Virus record (IMG/VR): IMGVR_UViG_3300008110_000016
Length of the DNA stretch: 64,000 bases
Reading direction: 5' to 3' (one strand)
Source: an uncultured virus (IMG/VR IMGVR_UViG_3300008110_000016)
Lineage: Duplodnaviria; Heunggongvirae; Uroviricota; Caudoviricetes
Shown: one piece after another, positions 25,082 to 37,610 of the stretch
Layout: the number at the start of each line of letters is the position of its first letter
Numbering within the stretch: the stretch's first letter is position 1
The notes under the pieces: model-generated
Database searches by the model: none
What the model was told of the DNA's origin: nothing
What the model saw: only the letters and a program-made list of their open reading frames with translations
Translations under genes and position numbers: made by a program

Positions 25082-26251
25082 ATGCCTTCAATAAATACTA
25101 AAACAAAAGATGAAATAATAGTTAGGATTTTAAACTCCTTAGAGCAAAATGCTAGTATTACTGCAACTTCTCCTGGTTCTATAGCTAGAGCATTTGCCGA
25201 TGCTTTTGGCACCGAGATGTTTTATTTATATGAATCATTTAAAGAAGCAGTAAGTCAAACGAACCTTTCTACAGCTTCTGGTAGAGGTCTTGATTTAATA
25301 GGAGAAATGTATAATGTTAAAAGAAAAACATTATCAGATCAACTTGTTTATGAGAGAACAACCGCAAATATTGAGTTTATTTTAGACAAACCATATACTT
25401 CTGACATTATAATTCCCAAAGGTACACTTGTATACAATGATGTTGGCTCTTATAATTCGACACAATACTCATATAAACTTTCTAATGACGTTGCAATCTT
25501 AGCTGGAGTAACAAAAGCTTATGGAATTGTCACTCCAAACTTCCAGTCAAATGACCATGTTGCATCAGTAGGGTCATTAACTAGACATAACTTTATTGGT
25601 CCAGCTGGAGTTATACTTTTCTGCACTAACCCCAAGGAAGTTTACCCTGTTATAAACGCAGAATCTGACGACAATTATAGAAGAAGAATTCTTTCTGCGG
25701 TTAAAGTAAGTGCCACGGGAACAGTTGAGGCATTGCGATTTGCTGCACTATCAGTAAATGGCGTTAAGGATGTTAGAATAAGAGAAGGGTCTTTTGGCCT
25801 AGGCTCATGTGAAATCATAGTGGTTCCAGAGGTTCCTGGAAGAATAGGCAATATTCCAACAATTGTAAATTCAGCAATATCAGAAATAAGACCTTTGGGA
25901 ATAAGAATTAATATATCTGCAGCAAATCCACTTCCAGTGAGTGTTAATGCCACAATCACTCTTCCATACGGAACAAATGAAAACCTTAGAGTTGGAATTC
26001 AAAATCAAGCTAGTCTTTTTGTCAAGAGATATTTGAATTCTCTGACCATAGGCGACACCATGTCTATTCAAGAAGTCGAAAGACAAATAAGAATATCATC
26101 AGATTTAATTAGAAGTATTAACATAACCAACATAACTGCACAGGGAACATCTATTAACAGAAAAGATTTTAGGGCTCAAACAGAAAGAGATTACATAGTT
26201 TCTGGCGATATCTCCATAAACTCTGTTATAATTGGTGTGTCTAACTACTAA
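25082..26251 (+). CDS. Baseplate J-like (gp47/gp6) wedge protein
   Basis: PGSIARAF, TASGRGLDLIGEMYNVKR, AESDDNYRRRI and ATGTVEALRFAALSVNGVKDV are typical baseplate-J motifs. Confidence 0.85.
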   Translation: MPSINTKTKDEIIVRILNSLEQNASITATSPGSIARAFADAFGTEMFYLYESFKEAVSQTNLSTASGRGLDLIGEMYNVKRKTLSDQLVYERTTANIEFILDKPYTSDIIIPKGTLVYNDVGSYNSTQYSYKLSNDVAILAGVTKAYGIVTPNFQSNDHVASVGSLTRHNFIGPAGVILFCTNPKEVYPVINAESDDNYRRRILSAVKVSATGTVEALRFAALSVNGVKDVRIREGSFGLGSCEIIVVPEVPGRIGNIPTIVNSAISEIRPLGIRINISAANPLPVSVNATITLPYGTNENLRVGIQNQASLFVKRYLNSLTIGDTMSIQEVERQIRISSDLIRSINITNITAQGTSINRKDFRAQTERDYIVSGDISINSVIIGVSNY

Positions 26252-26267
26252 AAGGTTGGTTTTATAA

Positions 26268-27509
26268 ATGAGTGAAAAGTATTTCCTCTTGACGACTAAG
26301 CATATCGTCAAGGCGCCTAATATGACACAGGCAAAATTAGCGGTTGAGGGTGAATCCGATTTTGTCGGAGAAGTCCTTAAGCAAAATGTAGATGTTAATG
26401 AAGTCTCTAATGCTGAAGCTATTAAATACGTTGGCTTAACAGATTCCGTTAAGTCTGATTTTGTATATGATGATTCTTTGGACTTTTCTGATGAAGACGG
26501 AGCAGAATCATTTAGTAATAAATTTGATCTATTAAGATCAGAGAATAGAAGATTAGCAAAAGCTGTCGATAAGTATAAGAATGTTAAAGACGAAGCTGTT
26601 CTGGCAGTTTATCAGGCAGCGTACGATGCATTTTCGTCATACGAAATGCCACAGATTAAATCACCAAACATTAAGTCTTCTAAGACTGGAACGCCAGAAA
26701 CAGCAGTTGCTGTATTTGCAGACTGGCAACTAGGTAAAGTTACTCCAACGTACAATAGTGATGTTCTTTCTAATAGAATAGAGTTGTATACAGAAAAGCT
26801 TTTGGAAATTGCTGAGATCCAAAGAGCCGATCACCCAGTGGATAACCTTCACGTCTGGTTACTTGGCGATATTGTTGAAGGGGAAGAAATCTTTCCTGGA
26901 CAAAGCCATTTAATTGACTCTGGCTTGTATAGACAAGTTGGAGTTAATGGTCCTGAAATACTTAGCACATTTCTTAAAACAGCTTTAGAAAACTTTAAAC
27001 ACGTTCATGTTACTGGAGTAATCGGAAATCACGGAGCAGTTGGCGGTAGAGCTAGAAAGCAACACGATCCAGAGACCAATATGGACAGACTGCTCTACAA
27101 GATTGTTGAGCTAATTTTTAAAGATGAACCAAGAATTACATTCAACATTCCTGATGGCAAGGGTGAAAGAAACTTCTATGCTGTAGACAACATCGGTAAC
27201 TATAGTTCTTTGTTGATTCATGGCGACCAAATGCCTGCGCCAACGTCATACTATGGTTACTATAAAAAGGTAATGGGATGGAAGGATGGAGCTATTCCAG
27301 AGAACTTTGATGATGTTTTCATGGGTCATTACCATCAGCAATTTAAGATGACTATTGGAAGTGGACTTTTGAGAATCTCGGGTTCACCAGAAAGTCATAA
27401 CACTTATGCACAAGAATACTTCTCTTCAATGAGTAGACCTTGTCAGCACTTAATGTTTGTTCACCCAGAGAATGGCATTACTTCAGAATACTCTATCTGG
27501 TTAGACTAA
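26268..27509 (+). CDS. Calcineurin-like metallophosphoesterase with an N-terminal accessory domain and coiled coil
   Basis: All five motifs are present: ADWQLG, GDIVEG, GNHG, IHGD, GHYH. Confidence 0.85.
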   Translation: MSEKYFLLTTKHIVKAPNMTQAKLAVEGESDFVGEVLKQNVDVNEVSNAEAIKYVGLTDSVKSDFVYDDSLDFSDEDGAESFSNKFDLLRSENRRLAKAVDKYKNVKDEAVLAVYQAAYDAFSSYEMPQIKSPNIKSSKTGTPETAVAVFADWQLGKVTPTYNSDVLSNRIELYTEKLLEIAEIQRADHPVDNLHVWLLGDIVEGEEIFPGQSHLIDSGLYRQVGVNGPEILSTFLKTALENFKHVHVTGVIGNHGAVGGRARKQHDPETNMDRLLYKIVELIFKDEPRITFNIPDGKGERNFYAVDNIGNYSSLLIHGDQMPAPTSYYGYYKKVMGWKDGAIPENFDDVFMGHYHQQFKMTIGSGLLRISGSPESHNTYAQEYFSSMSRPCQHLMFVHPENGITSEYSIWLD

Positions 27510-27528
27510 GTCAGGAAGGCATCTGTAG

Positions 27529-30500
27529 ATGAAGCAATTTATAATAGCTTTAAAAAGCTCGGACTTTATTAAGTCTGGAAACGCTTGGTCTACAGATGCC
27601 ATTGACCTATACCATAACAAGTGGTATACAAATTATTCTGTATCAAAATCAAGATATGGAATAAATGAGCTTAGCGACAGGACATTTGTCGGAACAGAAA
27701 TATTAGACAATGCTACGCCATCAATAGTTGTAGATGGAAGTACTCCAGTATCTGTCACTAACTATGGAGAAATTTTTAAAGATACAAGTGTAATAACTTA
27801 TAATATATTTGAATATGACGAAATATCCGAACAGTATTACATTTTTAATTTAATAGAAGACGCCTCGCCTTTTTATATTTTAGACCCAAATTCTGTTAGC
27901 TTAGATCTTTACAGGTTTGTTGATACATCTTCAAGAACAGATATCTTAAGCTACAAGCGGAGCTTTTACTAATGTAAACACTCAGGACTCTCCAACATAT
28001 ACTGTAACCGTATATGAAGCAGATTCCTCATCTGGCCCATGGCTTAAATCTTCTGTTTCATCCGAAGTGGGCACGCTTTTCATAACAAATTCAAAGAGAT
28101 ATGTTAAGTTTGAATTAGACATAACATCCGAACTTCAGCCACAGGATGTAGAGAGTTATGGATTTGTTTTATTAGTAGAAGTAGCAATAGCTAATCCAGT
28201 TCCTTCTATTTTAAGCAGAACTGCAAAAAAGATCTTAAGCAGGTTTCCTTCTTGGACTAAGATGTTTGAAGATTCCGTTGATAATGCAACTCCGGAACTT
28301 CAGACTCCAACCACAGTTGGTGGATCATTTATAAATTCACTCGTTGCCGATTTTCCAGAAAACTTTGAAAAGCAAGTAAATCAATTTGAGCTGGATAGAT
28401 TTGTTACTACAGCTGACGAAAATCAACTAGCATGGATGTATACATCATCTGACATCCCAGCTTCCCACTTGTCTATTAAGGGCGATGCGGTTACTCTTTC
28501 TAGAGTTGATACTATAAATGATTTTTACGAATCAGTAGAAAATGATTATTGCTACTATTATTCAGTTCAAGATCGTAGGGTTTTTACTAAGAAATTATTT
28601 AAATCATTAATAGTAGATAATTTACTTACTGAACAAGAACCAATGCTTAAGTGGAACTGGTTTGATGAATTTGGTGCAAGGGTAAGTCTAAGTAGACTTT
28701 ACTTGGAATCTAACTCTAACTTTAAAAAGAGAATATTAGATACTTATAGAAACCTTCCTGGTCCATCAATAGATGCAGTTAAGAGAACTCTTAGAAGAGA
28801 GCTCGATATATGGAGCGCATATGGTGCAACTCCAGACTCAGATTACTTAGGTGCAACTCCAGAAATATTAGAAATATCTGACATAGAATCAAGTACTCCA
28901 TACTTTGATTTTTCTGGCAAACCTAATAAAGAATTTAGAGACTTTGTAAGATCTTTGAATGAAAGGTATCCACTTAACTGGGGTTACGTTAAATGGGGAG
29001 AAGGATACTGGGACTACGCTGGAAGAAATCAAGAAGGCGTTGGCAGAATACCTGCCGTATATGACGACGCTACTCCTCTTGGTCAATACTATCAGCCTGG
29101 TATAGGCGATTTTTCTGATGCAAACTTAATCGTAAAAGAGCCATCTGAGTCAGTTATTGATTTCAATGCAAAGTTTAAAGCCACTGGATCAAGATATCTC
29201 GGTAAGGTTGATGATTATGCTCCAGTTATAGTTGACTATGAGTATTACGGAACATACACTCAAGATTACTACGACAACAGTCCAGCCACTGTTAACTTTA
29301 GATATCTGTTAGAGATGCCAATTCACGGCTCTTATGCAACAGCAAAAACCTTTTATGTAGATATTAGCCATTATCCAGTTAATACATATGGACCTGGTCA
29401 TCCAGCTAGTCCAGAGTATGAGACAGTGCCAATCTTTGATCAAGACGGGTACGCATATTCTAAATATGTCTTTAAAGATTTAGTCACAGATGCAGCATAT
29501 TCAGATACATCTGTTACCCCGGCTAATTCAAGAATCAACTATTATTATGCTAATAAAGCCTCTGCTACGCCTACAACTGGTTCTGATGATTTTAATATTT
29601 CTTTTACTGGAGCAACACCTTATTCTTCCACCGTTGGATCGCCAATAAGTTTGCTGAACGCTAGATTCTTAAATGGTGGGGCAAACATTAAGGCTTCTTC
29701 AAATAAGTACACTAAAAAAAGAGGGACATTTCAAACTACTCCAAAACTAGATGGTTTTTTTGTGTTAAACTCTGAAAATGAAATATCTTATACTAATGAC
29801 ATTGTTTTAGACAAGGACTTTATAAATCAGACCCTAATATTCCCACCTGGCGCAACGCCTGTTTATGTTCACGTAGATAATGTTAAACCTTCAGGATATA
29901 AAGAGTTGCAAGATATTTATATTAGTCCAACATATGATGGATATGGTGGACTATCTTTCGACGGAGGAGAACTAAATCTTGTGCCGGCTTCTCCAAATAT
30001 AATAGCTCAATATATCAATCCAAACTTTGCAACTCCTGCTGATCATCCTGGCTACATTAGTAACGATGGTGCAACTTATAATTATTACTTTAAAGAATTA
30101 AAGTACCCATATGGTTCTACACCTAGTGTAATTAATTTTAGAACAGATAATACATCTACTCCTATTTATCCATTTAAGAAAGATTCTTGGGAATCATTTA
30201 CTGCAGAGTCCACCCCAATGATAAATGGATCAATTAATAAGAGAGGAATAATAAGAACTTCATCAGATAATCATGATGAAAACTTTACTTTAAACTCTAA
30301 TGTTGTTGGTCAATACGATTTAACGTATGACACATTTAATGTAAGCTACAATACTCACTGGATTGAAAAAATAGAAGTAGTGAATGACACTGAGGGAGTT
30401 GTGTTAACTCCATCTAATCAGTTCGTTACACTGGCGGATGAAGAATCCCTTTTTGCTAACTCTTCTATATTAGAATTTGAGGAAGGTAAACTGTCTACAG

Positions 30501-32134
30501 TAGAAGTTTCTGCAGACTTTGAGGGTGTTTATAGTTCATACCTTAACGTAGGTTGGTATAGTCAAAACGGAGAAGACTACTACGTATATTCATCTCCAAT
30601 TAATGAGATCTTTGCAACTCCTGGTTTTTATGTAAACCTTAGTTATTCTGCTAAACAAGGTGCTCCAATAATCGTAGAAAGAAGCTCTGCTACTCCAGCT
30701 TTACTGAGAGAAGTGGCATTCTTTGATTCTTCTTCTCCTACATATGTTTCCCTGACTAATGCCGAAACGGTAACAGCAAATAAATCAAATAATCTTTATT
30801 TAGGCTATGAAGACATTTATGATGTTGAAGTAATTGATTCAGTAACTGGTTATACAATTTTAGAAAATGGAAGCAGTAGTACTAATGAAGTGCAGGTATT
30901 TAGTTCTGCAACACCTGGTGTTTATGGAAGAGATTATTATGTCACCTACAAGGTTAAAGACTCGTATGTTGTAGACAATGATTATTATAATCAAAACACT
31001 GAAAGTTATATAACTTCAATCAGATTTGACTCTACCCCTTCTTCTCATTACTCATACGAGATAACTTATGAGGGTTCAGTTCTTTCTCATGCAACTCCAA
31101 TATCTTTAAATGTAGACCCAATGGACCTGTGGGATCAAGAAGGATTTGTATATTTAAGTCATAATGATTACAGTTTCGCAGATGCAGAAATTAAACTTAG
31201 TCCATCGCACATTACAGATGATCTTAATGATTTTATTGTAGTCACAATTAAATCTCTTGATGAAAATGGAAACTCAAAGCCGTACCAAACATTTTCTATT
31301 ACAGGAACGCACTTAGAATCTGAACAAGAATACTATCATACCGACATAAACGGTTTTGTTAGTGCAAGAGTTTACTTCTCCAGCGCAACACCAATTACAG
31401 ATGTTTCTGGAACATTAATAGTATCTGGAGTAGTAAATGGTTCTATTAACGCTCATGAAAATTCCGAAACTCAAGGCTTTTCTAAGACTCTTAGTTTTGA
31501 TATATCAACAAGCTATGAGACCGGTTTTTCCTTAAAGGCAATAGCAGATAGCTCTGTTATTCCAGCTGATGGAGTTTCCAATAACTATGTTAGAGGATTC
31601 TTGAGAAAAGACTCATCTGCTGAAGTTAATAAAGTCATTTACTGGAGAAAGGGTAGGACGCTTCAAGACATTTTTGATGCAACTCCATACTCTTCTTATG
31701 TAAGAACTGATGAATATGGAAACTTTGAAATAGGTCCTTTTACGGCCCAAGAAAAGAGTAATCCTGGATTCTGGATGGTTGCTGTTGAGTCAGAAGGCGC
31801 TGCAACAGTTAATGGTTCTCCATCTGCAGTAGTTGGCGATATAGTATTCTGGAATGAAAAGTATGACAATTTAAATTATTCATACGGAGATTCGGTATTC
31901 TATGATCCGAATTTACTATATATCAATAGAACAGATATGTATTCCACCCCATCCTTTACGGTTCAGTATTTTGATGGGAATTATGCGACACCATATTCCG
32001 CAACGCCTGATTGGCTCCCACCAAAATGGTACCCAATTAATAGATATGATCAATATATGATGGGCTTACTTGGATCAACTCCAATGCACGTAAGCAGTTA
32101 TCAAAACTTAATGAGAGATTATGAGGAAGAGTAA
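27529..32134 (+). CDS. Large baseplate/tail structural protein (~1534 aa with a +1 shift at 27958), rich in [AS]-[TS]-P motifs
   Basis: WNWFDEFGARVSLSRLYLESNSNFKKRILD resembles a wedge/tail-I-like motif. Ig-like beta-rich C-terminus (IPADGVS, TDEYGNF). Confidence 0.6.
27958..27961 (+). other. +1 frame-change site CGG-A
   Basis: TAC AAG CGG AGC TTT TAC TAA; skipping the C gives GGA GCT TTT ACT AAT GTA..., open to 28067. Confidence 0.75.
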
Positions 32135-35100
32135 ATGAAGAATTTTGTTGATAAAACAGAATCTTTAAAAGAACCAGCTGTAAAAACTGGAAATTTTATA
32201 CCCCGAGATGCAGTAAACTTACGGTTGGTTTTCTTCAAAAGAAATTACCCCAGAAAATAATCTAGCATTTGTTGACCTCTCTTCGACTATTTCTGAAAAT
32301 GTAAACGAAACATCTACTTTTAACAAAGTAATGTTTGCCAATGAAGTTGGAATGCTAGAAGATGAAAATGGAAATCCCTATGTGTCTTCCGACGATGTTT
32401 TGGTCAGCGATATATTTTTAAATGAAGAAGTTTTCCTAACTAGCTATCAAAAAGATGAATTAAAAAATAAAGCGTATGCTATGAATTACTATGTTAGTAA
32501 TCATTTTACGCTCTTAAGAAGTGGAATGCACATATCAAGCGGCTTAAACTATTTCGTTGAAGATAGGTTTATCCCAAATAACATTAAAGTTATAGACGAT
32601 AATGGCAATATATATTCTGATCCAGAAACTGGAAGATTAAAATATAGAATTTCTTTTGAGTCATTTGTTACAGAGAAAAACTCTATCCAAAATGAGATAC
32701 CTCATAAAATAATAGTCTTTATCGAAGATGCATATCCAAAGAATTTAACTTTGGTTTATGATAAAGTAGAAGTTGATCAAGACGGTGTTTGGTCTGGTCA
32801 AATATTAAAATATTCTGAATCAATAAATGTTCTTCCATTATTTAAGAGAGTTCAAGAAGAGGCTGAGGTAGTTGACCCATCAAATCTTTTTGATAAAACT
32901 TATTCTATAAAAAGAAATACAAAAACAAAGTCTATAAATAATCAAACTATTGGCTCTGAAGATAATGTTATATACGTCAATAAAAAAGCAATTGATGACA
33001 ATAGAGTTTTTGAAGTTTATAACTGGAGAGTAGTAGCAAAAGTACAAAACTCAGTAGATTTTTCCGAAATAAACTATGGAAGAGATTTCTCTACTGATAA
33101 TATTCTTACAAAGAATGTAAACGCTGCAGTGCTTTACTCAAGTTCGGTGACAAGAGATCTAAATAATATAAATCCTTATGTATTTCTAAACTTACAAAAT
33201 TCAGTATTCAATTTAGCTAGTTTAAATTTTCAGAATCCAAATTCAACTTTGACCGATAAAAACTTAGCCAACTATTGGCTTGTGGATATAGATTCAGTGA
33301 CAGATGAGCAAATTAGACAGTACGATGTAATTGCTTGTTCATTACACTGGGTTCTTACGGATTCGCACGCAGAAAAAATTAATTCATTTCTTACAAATGC
33401 AGGAACATTTATTGTTGACACAATCAACGCACCAATAAACTCTCTTTTGAAATTAAATCCAGCATTGACTATAGCTGGAGCAGATGTTAACTCTACTCCA
33501 ACTACAGTTCCAAGTACTTACAACTCAAATAGTTTACTCTTAAATGCAACAAAAAATAATGCCTTCTCTATAACAACTTCTGAGTTTGCAACAGATTGTG
33601 GAATATATGGTTATGGAAAAGGTCCCAATAATTCTTACAAAAAGTATAACTATTTTACAAATTCAGGTTTAGAATCAGTTTTAGAGAGAAGCTCACAAAA
33701 GTTTGTCACATTATTAAGAACCGTAAATAGAACAGATAGGTTAATGGCCAACAATATTGTTGCGTCGACTACTGGATTTTTAAAATACTGTAATGATTTA
33801 TACTCTTCAAATACGGCAATATCTACTCCTAATAATGGAGAGTCTTCTATTTCTGTTTCTTCTGGATCTTCTTTCTCTAATTTTGTAGAGGGTCCATATA
33901 AGTTTTTATATAACTGTGTTTCTGTTGGAATTAATGACAGGGTCGAGTCAACTAGATTTAAATTAGATTTAAGATCCAGCGTTCATTACTACAGTGGTCA
34001 ATGGTATAGCGATTGGGTCATTGACACAGATGCACTTTTTGAAGACGAGTTAATATCTTATTACAAAAATACTATAGTTTCTGGGGAAAGAAAATATGTT
34101 AGAGAAACAATCTCTTCTCCAAAAGATTTATACACCGCAGAAATATCTTCATTGGCTTCTAATCTTTCAAATGTTTTCTTAGATCAAAATAGCAGCAATA
34201 TAACACTATATATTGAATATACAAATCCCAATGTGATATGGACAAACACTTCTTCTGTTACCGATACAGAAAAAAGAGAAGTAGCTTCTTCTTATAGCCT
34301 TGTAAAGATAAATAACAAGGACATTTCTTGTGAAACTTATACTGATAAAAAATCACCTAAGTTTGACATACCTTCTAAGTTTGGTCCTTATGTAGTTAAA
34401 GATAAATTAATTCCATCAAAAAAGAATCAACTTAAGATAGTTCCAAACGTTCCAGTGAGAAGTTATGCAGTCAACCTGCAATCTGTTCGCAGTATGACTT
34501 CTGGATCAGATACTCCTGTTAATTTTGACGCAACATTGAACATAACTGCAACAGCAAAATTTAATCAGAATCATGTATTCACAAGGGGCGGAGGCACTGA
34601 GCTGGTTACACCAGGGGTTCCTGCAACATCCGGAACAATTCAAGCCGGAGATACTAAGTTTTACACGCCAACAGCATTTGAAACATCTCAAACTGGAGAT
34701 TATTCTTTGATTGACAAAAAGCTTGGCGATATATCAAGCTTTTATAATGCATTTAATTATACTTACGATATTGACAAAGGTAATACCTGGGATGAATACT
34801 TTCAGGGCAAGGGTAGCGCTACATATATAAAATATATACAATTAACTTTAGAGGCTGCCGGAAGTGAATTTAAGACTAGCGTAGATGGAGTTTTCGGTTC
34901 AGGTACTGCATCAAAGGTTAAAGCTTTTCAAAAGGATAGGGGTCTTAAAGAAGATGGAATTGTAGACTCCCAGACAAAAATGTGGCTGGCAAGAGTTTGG
35001 GCTAACATGAGTCAAGATACTTTTGATGACTATGTTAAAAAAGTTAACGCTAATACTTATAAAGATAAAAATATAGATAAATATCTAAATGGAGCAAGAG

Positions 35101-37610
35101 TATCAAAAAGCGCAAAGCTTGGATTGCAGGCAAATGAAGGATTTAGATTAATAAACTTTAGCGGTATATCAAGAGAAGCAGACCCAGATGCCATAAGATT
35201 GTGGGTCGGGTTTGTATTGCCAAATGACGAAGAAATTTATTCAATTGATTCTTTGATAATTTCCGGAGGAGAATTTGGTACTCAAGTTGGCTCTCCTTCT
35301 TATAACGGATTTAAAGTTATAGACTATATTGTTTCTGATAGTTATAGATTTACAAGAAATCAAAACGCAGGAACAGTAGCTTCATATACAAAAGGTTCAA
35401 CAGAAATAAACTTACCAAATGGGCAAAATATAAAAGGTAAGCATGTCTCAATATTGCTTCAAGGGTCAAAGTTAGGCGGAAGCTTTGGATCTACAGCAGA
35501 AGGTATAGCTATTGGTGGAATCCAGTGTAAATATAGTGTCAAGAAAACAACAGTTGGCACTCCAGCAAAAGATCCAGTTTATAGAACTATTCCACCCGTA
35601 GATTATCCGGAATCAAAACAAGTTACTGGAACTTTATCAATATCTGTTCCAGTCAATTCTGTGTCGTTTGCCGAACAAAACTTTAATATAGATTCAACGT
35701 TTTTAAGAAACGCAACATTAAGTGCAATATCTATTTATAGAATAGATGGAAATCAATTTAGTTCTGAATTGCTGTCTTACTCTGGTATATCAGCTACACT
35801 AAACCAAACTGAGTATAAGCCAGACACAAATAGAATAGAAAAAGTTAATCTTTCAACAATACTAGCAGATACAATATCACTTCAGTCTGCAACTGTTTCA
35901 TCGGTAAAGCAAGCTGGCACTAATATTTCTTATAGTTCGTCCAATATAGATTTAACAACTAGTGGAAACACAGTAAAGTTAAAAAGCAATCTATCATCGT
36001 ATGCTTCTGAAACAACGGTTGTAAGAAGCCAGAGTATAACTGGCTACAATGTTAGAAGCGTAGATAACTCTTCTATTAGGCCGCAAAAAAATTCTTTCAA
36101 CTATTATGATGGAGTAACTCTTTTATGCAAGCCCGATGGAACCCCTTTTGGTATTGACGTTTCTTCTGGAATGACATCGACCAACTCTGCGCTAGATGTA
36201 TACTACTCTAATATTGAATTGATCAATACACTTCCTGCTCAACCAGGTCTACAGTATGGTTTCTATGACATTAGAAATAGGCAATTTATTGGCAAGAATA
36301 TAACCTACAATAAGTATAGAGAAGTTGGTCCACAAAATCTTTACATAGGACTATATGCATATGACTATGACGGAGATCTTTCAACGCAAAGAGAATATAC
36401 TGGTTCAGCAAACGGCGATATGTATCAGCCAGTTCAGGTTCCTACAAAATCTGCATACCCTGTATTTAAAGTATCTTCCGTGCCAAAAAACAAAATTCAA
36501 CTGATGAGAACTCCACCAAAGTTAAGTAAGACAGAACCATGGCCTTTGTCTGTAAGTTCTGGCTCTTTTGTTAAGTCCGTACAACTAGAGCTGCATAGAC
36601 CAAAAGATTGGCTTATTGGATACAATGGTCAAACACTAAAGGCGAAGTACGATACTTCAAATATGCCGGCAGTTGGTTGGTCAAAGATTTTTGGCAGAGG
36701 GTATTATGATATAGTTGATGAAACTCCTGTTTACAACAATGGTCAATCAATAACATTAAGAAATGTTCCAATACATATTGTTCATGAAAAGTCTGATGAT
36801 TTAAGCAGGTTTGCTGCAGACTTTAGACCAGTTGTAAAAGTATATACAAGATCTACGGTTTCTTCTCCTTGGCAAGAGGTTTCGTATACTCAGTTTAAAA
36901 ATGTAAACTGTAGAACTGGTTTAGTAGAATTTAATTCTTCTATAATTTCTTCTGATGAAAGACTAACAAAAGTAAGTTACACAGTTTCTTCATCTGATGT
37001 AATGGTTAGGGGATCCAATGGTCAACCAATACCGCTAAATCCATTCTTGAACAAAGATATAGTGAGAGTAAACAAGCCGTTATATATTTACTTAAAGCCA
37101 ACAGAAATATACAAGCAGAAACAAGCGCCAGCAAATAGCATATATCCAGCAGTAGTAAGAGACACACTGGTAGAAGAATATACTCCTGGTCCAATAATTA
37201 ATTTTACTTATAATAATAATATATTTAATAAATATGATATATCAGAATATGATCCATTTGCCCTTTTGATAGGCATTGTGTATGTAGTGAATACTTTTTC
37301 TGATGAAAACTTTACATTTACAGACCTTAGAACTAGAGGTGGTGGCATTTCTAGTGGGTTTGATACTAACAAGGTGCTTATGGATATAGAAGAAGCTATA
37401 TCATACTGGGACGTATACCCTGCAATGGGAGAGGCTTATCCAAAGGGCGGATATGTAATGGTTAAAATTCCAAAACTTGTTAAGAAAAACTTTACAAATC
37501 CAGATGAAGTGTATACAATTGTTAGAAACAACATTACGGCTGGCGTTGTTTTTGATCTTCAAGATATGGAAGGAAAGGATTGGGGTAGCAGTGTTACGAC
37601 AACTTCCTGA
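32135..37610 (+). CDS. Large virion structural protein with an internal peptidoglycan-binding domain (~1824 aa with a +1 shift at 32222)
   Basis: ATG 32135 directly follows the upstream TAA. PG_binding_1-like YIQLTL..VDGVFGSGTASKVKAFQKDRGLKEDGIVDSQT at ~34830-34980. Confidence 0.65.
32222..32225 (+). other. +1 frame-change site CGG-T
   Basis: AAC TTA CGG TTG GTT...AAA TAA; skipping the C gives GGT TGG TTT TCT TCA AAA..., open to ATG 32331. The +1 frame has TAA at 32214, so the switch lies at 32217-32257. Confidence 0.7.

Noticed and set aside
37477..37590. N-terminal extension of ORF 37477, and similar extensions of ORFs 53737 and 52571
   Set aside because: They overlap the upstream genes more than needed; later starts (37591, 53806, 52592) fit translational coupling better
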